A stretch of 24,258 bases of DNA from Nitrospinota bacterium (GCA_046581755.1 JAYGFR010000093.1:1-24258); one strand, 5' to 3'. Positions 1-8,665 are shown, counted from the stretch's first letter. Made by a program: numbers and translations. Notes: generated by a model from the sequence alone, not told the origin.

Positions 1-612
1 GTCGTCCCCGATATCGTCACCCCGGACGGCGTCCCCGTCGGCAAGGACGGCGGCGGGCTGCTCGTCATCCGGAAGCCCTGGCCCTCGATGCTGCGCACGA
101 TCTGGGGCGACGACGCGCGCTACCGCGAGACCTACTGGAGCGACATCAAGGGCTGCTACCTCACAGGCGACGGCGCGCGCCGGGACAAGGACGGATATAT
201 ATGGATCATGGGCCGGGTGGACGACGTGATTAACATCGCGGGCCACCGCCTGGGCACGATGGAGGTCGAGAGCGCCCTTGTCGCGCATCCCGGCGTGGCC
301 GAGGCCGCCTGCGTCGGCGTCCCGCACGAAATCAAGGGCGAATCCATCGCCGCCTTCGTCACCATGAAGGGCGAGAACACCAAGAACGCCGCCCTCGAAA
401 AAGAGCTGGCCACCTGGGTGGTCAAGCAGATCGGCGCCATCGCGCGCCCCGACTACTTCCGTTTTACGGGCGCGCTGCCCAAAACCCGGAGCGGCAAGAT
501 CATGCGGCGGCTTCTCCGCGACATCGCCTCGGGCTCCGGGAAGGTGGGCGACACCACCACGCTCGAAGACATCTCGGTCCTTCAGAGCCTCCAGGAGTAC
601 CAGGACGAGTAG
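1..612 (+). CDS. acs: Acetyl-CoA synthetase, C-terminal part (5' end lies outside the window)
   Basis: Frame is open from base 1 ([10 protein letters not shown]...[18 protein letters not shown]). Acs motifs [55 protein letters not shown] and [11 protein letters not shown] at 610-612. Confidence 0.95.
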   Translation, partial: VVPDIVTPDGVPVGKDGGGLLVIRKPWPSMLRTIWGDDARYRETYWSDIKGCYLTGDGARRDKDGYIWIMGRVDDVINIAGHRLGTMEVESALVAHPGVAEAACVGVPHEIKGESIAAFVTMKGENTKNAALEKELATWVVKQIGAIARPDYFRFTGALPKTRSGKIMRRLLRDIASGSGKVGDTTTLEDISVLQSLQEYQDE

Positions 613-637
613 GTTTTTATTCGGCGAGTACCGGGCG

Positions 638-667
638 GGGGCGGCCTTCGGGCCGCCCCTTTTTTTT
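638..667 (+). terminator. Rho-independent terminator of acs
   Basis: Perfect 9-bp stem GGGGCGGCC (638-646) / GGCCGCCCC (651-659), TTCG tetraloop, followed by 8 T (660-667). Confidence 0.92.
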
Positions 668-732
668 GCGCCCGGCCGGGAAACGCGGGGTGGGCCGTGG
701 ATTGCTTGAACCGGAGGTTCCCCCGCCCGGCA

Positions 733-1257
733 TCAACGCCGGACTTGAAACGAAGCGGCTATCCGCTCAAAGGTGTGTTCGAGCGCATCCCACGAGCGGG
801 TATAGGTTTCGGAGTCGATAACGAAAACGTATTTTTCCGCCAGGGCGATCACCTTTCGCGAGGTCCCTCCGCCTCTGGGTCCCATACGGTGCATGACCTC
901 CACCACCGCCATGCCGCTCGGGAGCGTCCTCCTTCGCCGGGAGAGAGTCACCACCCGCTTTCTGAAGTTCTTCTTCCATCCGGCCAGAAATTTATCGGCG
1001 GCCTCATCCAAGGATTTGGCGGTTAACCTGTCGGTGGAGTGGATACCCATCAGGCCGAAGGCGGCCTTCCGGGGCGGTTTGAATTTCACGTAACCGGGGT
1101 CCCCGTCGTCCACGGTCCAACCTTCGGGGAAAGAGACGGATCATCCGTAGACCGGATTGGTGTACACCCCCTTTTCGCCGGTCTGCCGGGCCGCTCCCGG
1201 TGCGGCGCAGCCCGATAAAAAGAGTGTGAAAACGAGCCCCCAAAATAAACTCCTCAT
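733..1257 (-). pseudogene. PsbP/DcrB-like lipoprotein gene interrupted by a single in-frame TGA at 1143-1141
   Basis: AAGGAGG Shine-Dalgarno, then ATG at 1257: MRSLFWGLVFTLFLSGC (lipobox LSGC) AAPGAARQTGEKGVYTNPVYG*SVSFPEGWTV. This continues in the same frame into ORF 733..1113, ending ...FERIAASFQVRR. The YxNxxYGxSxxxPxGW and FxxIxxSF patterns resemble PsbP-like folds. Confidence 0.7.
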
Positions 1258-1495
1258 GCGAGCCTCCTTGAAATGGATCCGGAGAATTTATTGTAATCTC
1301 TTTGAGCAGGAGCATCGTAGCAAGAAGAGCCTCCCTTTTTGTGATTGAACGGGGGGAGGTTGCTCGGGGCGCTGGGGCGGGACGCTTCGGCCTCTGTCCT
1401 CAGCTACGAAGGAATCTTCGGCGTCGGCTCGCCGATCGTCCGGTTCGAGCGACAGGTGCCGGTGAGGTAGTCCGGCCGCGGAATCCCCGGCGCGG

Positions 1496-2638
1496 TTATT
1501 TTTTGCACCCTTTGCCGCGCGGCGGGATCTTGAATATCTCGGCCGTGGCGAGCACCTCCTGGTCCGACGCCCCCCCGGCGATGAGGACGCGCCCCGCATC
1601 CAGGAGCGTTGCCGTGTGGAGCCTCCGCTCGTAGCGCATGGGCGAGGCCAGGGGGATGAAGCACTCTCCCAGGGGGTCGAATATCTCCCCGCTTGCCAGG
1701 GACTTTCCGGCTCCCCATCCGCCGATCAGGAGCACCCGCCCGTCCGGGAGGAGGGTGGCGGTGTGCTGCTGGCGCGGGGCGATCATTTTATTTTTCAGCA
1801 GACGGACCGTTCCGGTAGCCGGGTCGTAAAGCTCGGCGGCGGCCAGCGTTCCCTTGGGCCCGAGCCCGCCCGCGAGCAGAATCCGCCCGCCGGAGATGCC
1901 GGCGCCGGCGGGGATAAAGGTGGCCGTGTGGCGGTTTCTCGGAAGAAAGCGCGCCCGCACCAGGGCCGTAAGGCGCTTGGCCGGATCGTAAATTTCGGCG
2001 TAGCGCTCGCCCTCGCCCCGGCCCCCTCCGGCGATGAGCACCCGCCCGTCCGGGAGGAGGGTGGCGGTGTGCTGCTGGCGGGCGAGGTACATGGGCCGGG
2101 CGGCGGGGGCGAAGGATTTCGAGCGCGGCGAGAAAATCTCGACGCCGCGAATCGCGCGCTTGCCGTCGTTGCCCCCGGTGACGAGAACGCTCCCGCTCTT
2201 GAGGAGCGTGACCGCATGATCGTAGCGGGCGGCGGCCATGTCGATCCGGGTGAGCGCGCCCCCCGCGGGGGGAATGATCGCCGCCTCGCGGATCGCCTTG
2301 TTAGGCTGGGTCCATCCGCCAGTGAGGAGGACGCTCCCGTCCCCCAGGCGGACGGCGCGGTGCCATCCCCGGGAGCGGAGCCCCGGCGCGGGAAGGGCCA
2401 TGAATCTCCCCTCGGCGGTCCCGTAAAACTCGATGGTGCCCAGCGGATCGGTTTTCGTCAGCCCGGCGGCGATGAGGATTCGCCCCGCGCCCAGATCGGT
2501 AGCGGTGTGGCCGTGGCGGGGGCCGGTCATGGGGCCGGTATTCGTAAAGTCGCCATCGTCCGAGCATCCCGCAGCCGCGAGCGCTATGAAAAAGACGAGC
2601 GGAGCGGCTCTCGGCGCACCGGCGCGAAACGATCTCAT
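1496..2638 (-). CDS. Kelch-repeat (beta-propeller) lipoprotein
   Basis: Signal peptide with lipobox (LVFFIALAAAGC). Seven repeats of RxxHTATLLxDGRVLIxGG...E-x-Y/F-DP. The ATG overlaps the MOSC stop codon (ATGA). Confidence 0.88.
   Translation of the reverse strand: MRSFRAGAPRAAPLVFFIALAAAGCSDDGDFTNTGPMTGPRHGHTATDLGAGRILIAAGLTKTDPLGTIEFYGTAEGRFMALPAPGLRSRGWHRAVRLGDGSVLLTGGWTQPNKAIREAAIIPPAGGALTRIDMAAARYDHAVTLLKSGSVLVTGGNDGKRAIRGVEIFSPRSKSFAPAARPMYLARQQHTATLLPDGRVLIAGGGRGEGERYAEIYDPAKRLTALVRARFLPRNRHTATFIPAGAGISGGRILLAGGLGPKGTLAAAELYDPATGTVRLLKNKMIAPRQQHTATLLPDGRVLLIGGWGAGKSLASGEIFDPLGECFIPLASPMRYERRLHTATLLDAGRVLIAGGASDQEVLATAEIFKIPPRGKGCKK
1730..2080. repeat. Exact 45-bp direct repeat inside the Kelch gene (1730-1774 and 2036-2080)
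   Basis: GAGCACCCGCCCGTCCGGGAGGAGGGTGGCGGTGTGCTGCTGGCG occurs twice, 306 bp apart. Both copies encode RQQHTATLLPDGRVL. Confidence 0.9.
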
Positions 2639-3300
2639 TGTGCCTCCCCCGGCGGGAGGCCGGCCTTTTCCAGCCGCCGCTCAAGCGCCTGGCGGATCTC
2701 GGGGGCCAGCGCCGGGATGCGGAGCGCCCTGCGCGCCGTTTCGAGGTCGTCCTCGCCGAAGTTCTGGAGGCGGGCCAGTTCCAGGACACTGATCCCCTCG
2801 GGGCCGGGCTCGATCCGCTCGATGGGATCGCCCGCGCCGATCTCTCCCTCCTCCAGGACGCGCATGTAGATTCCCAGCCGCCCGCTCTCGAGAAACCGCT
2901 GGACGAAGGCCTGGGAGCCCATCTTGATCCCGAGCTTGTAGCAGGGATTTCTCGGCTGGCTGACCTCGGCCACCGCCCCTCCAATCCGGAAGATGTCCCC
3001 GATGCAGACCGCCTCCTCGGTCATCCCCTCGGCGGTGAGATTTTCGCCGAACTGGCCGGGGGCGAGATCCTCCCGCCTGAGTTCCTTTTTCCAGTATTCG
3101 TAGTTTTCGGCGGCATAGGCATAGACGGCCTTGTGGATGCCCCCGTGGTTCGTCAGGTCCGCCTGGGCATCGCCCTCGATGTTGAGCGTTCGTATCATGA
3201 CGCGGCCCTGGACGGGGGTTTTAAAAATTCCGGTGCGGATGACCCGGCCCCGATGCACGGCGGAGCGGGGCCCGGAGACGTTGACCGAGAGCAGTTTCAT
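2635..3300 (-). CDS. MOSC domain-containing protein (YiiM-like, with C-terminal 3-alpha region)
   Basis: ATG at 3300 overlaps the recN TGA. MKLLSVNVS...TGIFK...GDAQADLTNHGGIHKAVYAY...PGQFGENL...IGDIFRIG...EVSQPRNPCYKL...GRLGIYMRVLEEGEI are YiiM/MOSC motifs. The longer ORF extending to 4089 is an overlap artefact. Confidence 0.92.
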   Translation of the reverse strand: MKLLSVNVSGPRSAVHRGRVIRTGIFKTPVQGRVMIRTLNIEGDAQADLTNHGGIHKAVYAYAAENYEYWKKELRREDLAPGQFGENLTAEGMTEEAVCIGDIFRIGGAVAEVSQPRNPCYKLGIKMGSQAFVQRFLESGRLGIYMRVLEEGEIGAGDPIERIEPGPEGISVLELARLQNFGEDDLETARRALRIPALAPEIRQALERRLEKAGLPPGEAQ

Positions 3301-5063
3301 CGCGGGGCCGCTTTGGGCCGCTTGGCGGAGGCGCGCCGGGAGGTTTTTCTTTTCCCGGCTTCGAGCATTTCGGCGGCGTGTTTTTTGGCCGCCTCGGTGA
3401 CTTCGAGTCCGGCGCCCATGCGGGCGATCTCCTCGATTCGCGCGCCACCCTCGATGGGTTCGATGGCGGTGAAGGTGCGCCCGGCGGCGGTACGCTTGTC
3501 GATTCGGAAATGGCGGTTGCCCAGGCAGGCGACCTGGGGCAGGTGGGTGATGACGAGCACCTGGTGATTGCCCGATACCTCCTGGAGCTTGCGGCCAACG
3601 ACCTCGGCCACCCCGCCGCCGATGCCGGCGTCCACCTCGTCGAAGACGAGGGTGGGGATCAGGTCCCCGCGCCGGAGGACGGATTCGAGGGCGAGCATGA
3701 GGCGGGAAAGCTCCCCGCCCGATGCGATGCGGGCCAGGGGCCGGGGCGGCTCGCCGGTATTTGGCGAGAAGTAAAACTCGCAGGCGTCGATTCCGTCCGA
3801 GCGAAGCTGGACCTTTTCTCCATCGATCTCGATAAAGCCCGCCGGATCGGGGCGGCGCTCCACCCTCGTTTCGAGCACGGCTCCCTCGAGCCCCAGCTCG
3901 GCCAGGTTGTCCCGCATTCCCGCGTCGAACTCCCGGGATGCCTCCCGCCGCCGGTTCGAGAGGACGATGGAGCGGCGGGCGACTTCTTCCCGGAGGCTCC
4001 GGGCGGTCTCCTCGAGGCGGGATTCGGTCCCCCCCTCGTCCGAGAGGGCATCGAGTTCGGAGCGGACCCGGCCGAGGCAGGCGAGGCACTCGGCCTCGTC
4101 GTTACCGTACTTGCGCAAGATCTCGCGTAAGAGCGCGCGCCGCGCTTCGAGTTCCTCCAGGCGTTCCGGGTCCATCTCGATTCCGCCGAAATAATCCCGG
4201 ACCGAATCGGCCAGCGATTCCACCTCGGCGCAGGCGGAGGACGCCTGCTCCGCCAGGGGGGACTGGGAGGGGTCCAGTTCGATCAGCCGCTCGAGGTTGC
4301 GGAGGCACTCGCCCAGTTGTTCGATCACCGAGCCCTCGGCCCCGTAAAGCGCCTCGTAGACTCCTCGGCCCAGCGCGCCCAGGCGCTCGACGTTGCGCAG
4401 TCGCGGAAGTTCGGCCTCGATGGATTCGGCCTCGCCCGGCGAGAGGGCAGCGCGCTCGAGTTCCCCGGCCTGGAATCTCAGGAGATCGGCGCGCTGGGCG
4501 CGCTCGCGTGCGCCCGTGCGGTGGGCTTCGAGTTCCTCCGCGGCCGCCCGGAGCTCGGAGACGAGATGGCCCAGGGCAGTGCGCTCATCGCCCAGCCCGG
4601 CGAAATCGTCGAGCAGGCCCATGTGCGCCGAGGGCTTGAGGAGGGTCTGCTGGGCGTGCTGGCCGTGAATGTTAACCAGGGCGTCCGCGATGGAGGCGAG
4701 GGTGGCGGCGGTGGAGAGCGCCCCGTTCAGGTAGATGCGGCTGCGCCCCGAGGCCGAGATGCGCCGCCGGACGATGAGTTCCCCGTCGGGGGGGACATCG
4801 ACGCCCGCGCTTTCGAGCGTAGCCCGTGCGGCCCGGCCGCCGGGTGTGGAGGGCAGCTCGAAGAGGCTTTCGACGGTGGCGTCCTTCGCCCCGGATCGGA
4901 CGAGCCCCGCGCTCGCGCGGCCGCCCAGGGTGAGGTGAAGGGCCTCGAAGATGATCGATTTTCCGGCGCCGGTTTCGCCCGTCAGCACGTTCAGCCCGGG
5001 CCTGAAGGCCACTTCGAGCGAATCGATGATGGCGAAATCGGAGATGCGCATCAGGCGGAGCAT
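3297..5063 (-). CDS. recN: DNA repair protein RecN
   Basis: Walker A in LNVLTGETGAGKSII, IHGQH, central coiled coil, IASGGELSR, Walker B LVFDEVDAGIGG, QVLVITHLPQVA. Directly downstream of nadK, the usual context. Confidence 0.97.
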   Translation of the reverse strand: MLRLMRISDFAIIDSLEVAFRPGLNVLTGETGAGKSIIFEALHLTLGGRASAGLVRSGAKDATVESLFELPSTPGGRAARATLESAGVDVPPDGELIVRRRISASGRSRIYLNGALSTAATLASIADALVNIHGQHAQQTLLKPSAHMGLLDDFAGLGDERTALGHLVSELRAAAEELEAHRTGARERAQRADLLRFQAGELERAALSPGEAESIEAELPRLRNVERLGALGRGVYEALYGAEGSVIEQLGECLRNLERLIELDPSQSPLAEQASSACAEVESLADSVRDYFGGIEMDPERLEELEARRALLREILRKYGNDEAECLACLGRVRSELDALSDEGGTESRLEETARSLREEVARRSIVLSNRRREASREFDAGMRDNLAELGLEGAVLETRVERRPDPAGFIEIDGEKVQLRSDGIDACEFYFSPNTGEPPRPLARIASGGELSRLMLALESVLRRGDLIPTLVFDEVDAGIGGGVAEVVGRKLQEVSGNHQVLVITHLPQVACLGNRHFRIDKRTAAGRTFTAIEPIEGGARIEEIARMGAGLEVTEAAKKHAAEMLEAGKRKTSRRASAKRPKAAPR

Positions 5064-5070
5064 GGCGGTC

Positions 5071-5973
5071 TCAGTCGCTTTTCGTGCCGCGGGGGTGCGT
5101 CTCCCATAGGAGCTTCTCTCGCAGGATCTGGAAAAAGTCGGTGCCGACGGGGCGCACCAGGCGGACGGGGGCGGGGCTCAGCCCGACGCGCAGGTGGTCG
5201 TTGGTGTTGAGTTCGCACCCGGGCTGCCCGTCGATGGTGAGGAGGAGGCTCCGGTCCTCGGCCTCGTAATCGGTGAAGAGCATGACGTCCACCGTCGCCT
5301 CGGCCGGAATGACGAGCGGGCGGTTGCTCAGCGTATGCGGGCAGATCGGATTGATGAGCATGACGTTCAGGTCGGGCATGAGGAGCGGGCCCCCCGCCGA
5401 AAGGGAGTAGGCGGTCGAGCCGGTGGGGGTGGCGATGATCAGCCCATCGGCCCGGAAGATGCCCACCATGCGGCCCTCTATCGACACCTGGAACTCCACC
5501 ATCCGGGCGAGCGGCCCGGAGGTCAGGACGACATCGTTGAGCACGTCGGTGAGCGGGATGTTTTCCCCGTTTTTTTGCGCCGAGGGGCGGAGCCGCATCC
5601 GGGATTCGACGGTGTACTCCCCCTTGAGGAGGATTCGCTCGAGCGCCGGGATGACCCCGGTTGCGGGGATATCGGCGAGAAAGCCCAGATGGCCGGTATT
5701 CACGCCCAAAAGCGGAGGTGCATTTTCGCCCAGAAGCTGGGCTGTCCTTAGCATGGACCCGTCGCCTCCGATGACGATCACCAGGTCGGCGCCGACGACC
5801 GCCGCCTCGCGGGCCATGCCGCCGGGAAGACCGGCCCCCTCGGCGGCACCCTTGTCCAGGGCGGTTTCGAAGCCGTTGTCCTGGAGCCATTTCGCCAGGG
5901 CGCTCAGGTTCATCTCCGCACTCTGCCCGGTGGGCCATGTCGCGAGGGCAATTTTTTGAAATGGAGCGGGCAC
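5071..5973 (-). CDS. nadK: NAD(+)/NADH kinase
   Basis: GGDGSML, GVNTGHLGFL, LNDVV, ADGLIIATPTGSTAYSLSAGGP, PICPHTLSNRPLV. GTG start with AAGGAG SD at 5989-5984. Confidence 0.97.
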   Translation of the reverse strand: MPAPFQKIALATWPTGQSAEMNLSALAKWLQDNGFETALDKGAAEGAGLPGGMAREAAVVGADLVIVIGGDGSMLRTAQLLGENAPPLLGVNTGHLGFLADIPATGVIPALERILLKGEYTVESRMRLRPSAQKNGENIPLTDVLNDVVLTSGPLARMVEFQVSIEGRMVGIFRADGLIIATPTGSTAYSLSAGGPLLMPDLNVMLINPICPHTLSNRPLVIPAEATVDVMLFTDYEAEDRSLLLTIDGQPGCELNTNDHLRVGLSPAPVRLVRPVGTDFFQILREKLLWETHPRGTKSD

Positions 5974-5993
5974 GGTTCGATTTCTCCTTTATT

Positions 5994-6109
5994 CAGCCGA
6001 ACGGGAAGGTAAGTATCCCAAGGCCCAAGGTGGGCCGCAACCGGCTCCCGGGCCGGGTTCCATCTCCAGGCCAGGTTCTACTCCCAGGCCGGGAGCTACC
6101 CCCCGGCTG
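5994..6109 (-). other. Putative structured intergenic element in the nadK leader, containing three degenerate 18-bp repeats
   Basis: Outer stem CAGCCG/CGGCTG (6109-6104 with 5999-5994) extended by G-U-rich pairs on the minus strand. Inner stem GCTCCCGG/CCGGGAGC (6096-6089 with 6051-6044). Hairpin GGCCCA-3nt-TGGGCC (6022-6036). Confidence 0.4.
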
Positions 6110-6113
6110 GGAT

Positions 6114-7046
6114 CTAGAAAGTCTCGCCGCGCTGGGATGCCGCCTGCGCCAGGGCGGCGCGCTTTTTCTTTTTCGGAACCTTCCGCCAGTGGCGGCAGAT
6201 GTCCTGAAGGGGGCAGCCGGCGCAGAGAAGGATGTCCGGCCGCCTCGGGCAGTGGCCCAGGATGCCGAGCCGCGATATGGCGAAGTCGTAGGCGGCGGGG
6301 TCGTCCGGGTTGAGCAGCTTGAGCGAGGCGGTGATCTCCTCGGCCATTCGCCGGTCCGGCGTCCGGCGGTCCGTCAATCCCAGCAGGCCCCCGATCCGGG
6401 CAATGTGTGTGTCCAGGGGGATCACGAGCTGGTCCGGGCGGGGGGTCCGCCAGAGGCCAAGATCCACGCCGTCGTCGCGGCGCACCATCCATTTCAAAAA
6501 AAGATGAAGCCGCTTGCACGCGCCCTGGCCCGAGGGGTCGGGCATGAGATAGTCGAAGCCGTCCGGTTTTTTCGCGGCGCTCCCCGGCGCGAGGGCGTGA
6601 AGGCGGCCGCGAAAAGCGGCCAGGGCGCCGGTCAGGGTGGCCGCGCCGGGATCGTAATCGAGCATGAACGCGGCCTCGAGGGAGCCGAACTCCCGCAGCG
6701 CAGCGCCCGTCATGTGGGCGAAGCGGGCGAGGCCGGCCGATCCGACCCAGCGGTGGACGATGCCGTTGAACAATTTTCCGTCTTTTTTTATTTCGAACCC
6801 AAGAAGGGTTTCGGCCGGGCGCCCGCCCAGGCGGTCGAGTACCCGGCGAAGGCTGGCCCGTACGGCCTTGGCGTTTCCGAAGGCCAGGGCGGCGGCGAAA
6901 AAAGCGGCGGCCTCGCGGTCCTCCCGGCGGGGGTAGGCGTGGACCAGCCCGAGCGGGTCCGAGTCGAGGTGGGCCGGCCCATAGGCCCTCATCAGCCGGT
7001 CAAGGCTGGATTTTACGAGCGTCGCGTCCCCGGGCGCGAGCGCCAT
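6114..7046 (-). CDS. TIGR02757/DUF2400 family protein (HhH-GPD glycosylase-related) with C-terminal 4-Cys cluster
   Basis: DSDPL..VH.Y...DREAAAFFAAALAFG, ACKRLHLFLKWMVR, VDLGLW, LVIPLDTHI, DPAAYDFAI. C-terminal Cx8Cx2Cx5C. Start overlaps the dtd stop. Confidence 0.88.
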   Translation of the reverse strand: MALAPGDATLVKSSLDRLMRAYGPAHLDSDPLGLVHAYPRREDREAAAFFAAALAFGNAKAVRASLRRVLDRLGGRPAETLLGFEIKKDGKLFNGIVHRWVGSAGLARFAHMTGAALREFGSLEAAFMLDYDPGAATLTGALAAFRGRLHALAPGSAAKKPDGFDYLMPDPSGQGACKRLHLFLKWMVRRDDGVDLGLWRTPRPDQLVIPLDTHIARIGGLLGLTDRRTPDRRMAEEITASLKLLNPDDPAAYDFAISRLGILGHCPRRPDILLCAGCPLQDICRHWRKVPKKKKRAALAQAASQRGETF

Positions 7047-7495
7047 CAGAGGGCCCCCCCGGTGTCTAGAATCAGGGTGACCGGGCCATCGCTGATCAGC
7101 TCAACCTCCATCATGGCGCCGAATTCTCCTGCCGCGGCGGGCACGCCGTATCCCTCGACCGCGCGGATAAATTTCAGGATGAGATCTTTGGCCAAACCGG
7201 GGGCGGCGGCCCCGGTGAAGGAGGGGCGTCTTCCCCTCCGGCAGTCCCCGTAGAGAGTGAACTGGCTGATGATGAGCATCTCCCCCCCGGTGTCCAGGAG
7301 GGAGCGGTTCATTTTTCCGGTCTCGTCGGCGAAAATTCGAAGATGCACAATTTTCTCCGCCATATACAGCACCTCTCGATCCGAATCCCCGGGACCCACA
7401 GCAATGAGGGCCAGAATCCCGGCACCGATTTCGCCGACGGATTGCCCGTCCACGCTCACGCTGGATTTTTTGACCCGCTGGATAACGGCGCGCAT
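7046..7495 (-). CDS. dtd: D-aminoacyl-tRNA deacylase
   Basis: MRAVIQRV, LRIF..GKMNRS, SQFTLYGD, GRRPSF, GEFGAMMEV, DGPVT (cis Gly-Pro motif). Confidence 0.97.
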   Translation of the reverse strand: MRAVIQRVKKSSVSVDGQSVGEIGAGILALIAVGPGDSDREVLYMAEKIVHLRIFADETGKMNRSLLDTGGEMLIISQFTLYGDCRRGRRPSFTGAAAPGLAKDLILKFIRAVEGYGVPAAAGEFGAMMEVELISDGPVTLILDTGGAL

Positions 7496-7810
7496 CCGTG
7501 CTTTCCTATGAATAACGATGATTCCTTGATACAGGACCGGAAGTGTTCGGGCGCCTTGGATTTTATCAAATTTGCCCGTTGATTAGGAGGCTTGCCCCGG
7601 GATGCGGATGGAACCCCTTCGGGCGCGATGCGAAAAAAGGAAGAAAGTCCGAAATGTTGAATTATTATTAATATTTATATTTCTCCTCCAAATTGCAGTC
7701 TTCCACTTGTAAATTTTGGGCACCATCATGTAGATTAAAAATTTGGAAAACCATGATATTGAAGCAGTTTCCGGATTGTTGGATGGCTTATTCTTTTTTC
7801 ATGGTATTTA
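7496..7810. promoter_or_regulatory. AT-rich divergent promoter region between dtd and the response regulator
   Basis: Sharp drop in GC (e.g. TTGAATTATTATTAATATTTATATTT). Candidate sigma70 pair TTGTAA (7707-7712) N18 TAGATT (7731-7736) on +. Exact promoter uncertain. Confidence 0.45.
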
Positions 7811-8446
7811 GTGGCTTCTCCTGGGAGCTTGGCTTTGGTAGTTCCGAAAAACCCCGCCCCAAAAAAGGCATTTACGACATTCGAAGTAGCGGATATCTGT
7901 GATGTGACCCCGGTGACGATTCAAAACTGGATCGATAAGGGATGGCTGCGGGCCTACAGGACGCCCGGCGGGCATCGCCGGGTTCTCCGGGATGATCTTC
8001 TGTCCTTTCTCGATTCCAGGAACATTCCTCATATTTTCAATGAGCGCATTGGGCCGCCTCAGATTCTCATCGTTGACGATGAGAAGAATTTCACCGAGTT
8101 GATGCGCGATATTCTTCTCTTGGACAATCCCGACTACGAAATCGAAATCGCGCACGACGGATTCCGGGCGGGCCTGCTCTACGGGAACAACAGGCCGGAT
8201 GTGGTGCTGCTCGACCTGATGCTTCCGGGCGTGGATGGTTTCGAGGTTTGCCGCCAGATCAAGCAGAGCACGGGCGGCGGCGATACCGTGGTCATAGCGG
8301 TGACCGGTCTGGACGATCCCTCGCATGAGGAGCGGATCATGAGCCTTGGCGCCTCCTACTTCATTCAGAAGCCGGCCGACACGGCGCATATCCGAGACCT
8401 TGTGCGCCAGACCATCGATGCGAAGGGCGCGCGCAACCCCTCCTGA
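7811..8446 (+). CDS. Response regulator: N-terminal excisionase/MerR-like HTH plus C-terminal receiver domain
   Basis: FTTFEVADICDVTPVTIQNWIDKGWLRAYRTPGGHRRV (HTH); ILIVDDE, PDVVLLDLMLPGVDGFEVC, VTG, QKP (receiver). Start may instead be TTG at 7835, after GGGAG. Confidence 0.92.
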   Translation: MASPGSLALVVPKNPAPKKAFTTFEVADICDVTPVTIQNWIDKGWLRAYRTPGGHRRVLRDDLLSFLDSRNIPHIFNERIGPPQILIVDDEKNFTELMRDILLLDNPDYEIEIAHDGFRAGLLYGNNRPDVVLLDLMLPGVDGFEVCRQIKQSTGGGDTVVIAVTGLDDPSHEERIMSLGASYFIQKPADTAHIRDLVRQTIDAKGARNPS

Positions 8447-8665
8447 GCCGGTTCGATTCCAAGCCCAGCCCACGGTTTTTTCCCGGGGGTATTTTTTTCA
8501 TTTTAAATGGGAAGGAAAATTTTCGCCGCGCCTGTCTATCGGGGCGCCCGCGGATCGGAAGGCGGACCGCTCCGGCGAGTCGCTCCGGCCATGAGCGCGC
8601 GGGGGTGTCATGGGTCATGAGTATGAGATGAGGGGAGTGAAAGATGAGCCGGGGCGAGGCGGCTC

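Noticed and set aside
1141..1143. Selenocysteine codon or TGA=Trp genetic code
   Set aside because: Many well-supported genes here end in TGA. The context is not a redox-Cys motif, and only a weak stem lies downstream. Not formally excluded without a bSECIS search.
5994..6109. 6S RNA, SRP RNA or a known ribozyme
   Set aside because: Shorter than typical 6S RNA and not in the zapA/ygfA context. Lacks the SRP GGAA-loop motif and the hammerhead/twister core sequences.
8450..8460. tRNA T-loop-like GGTTCGATTCC
   Set aside because: No 5-bp T-stem, acceptor stem or cloverleaf around it.
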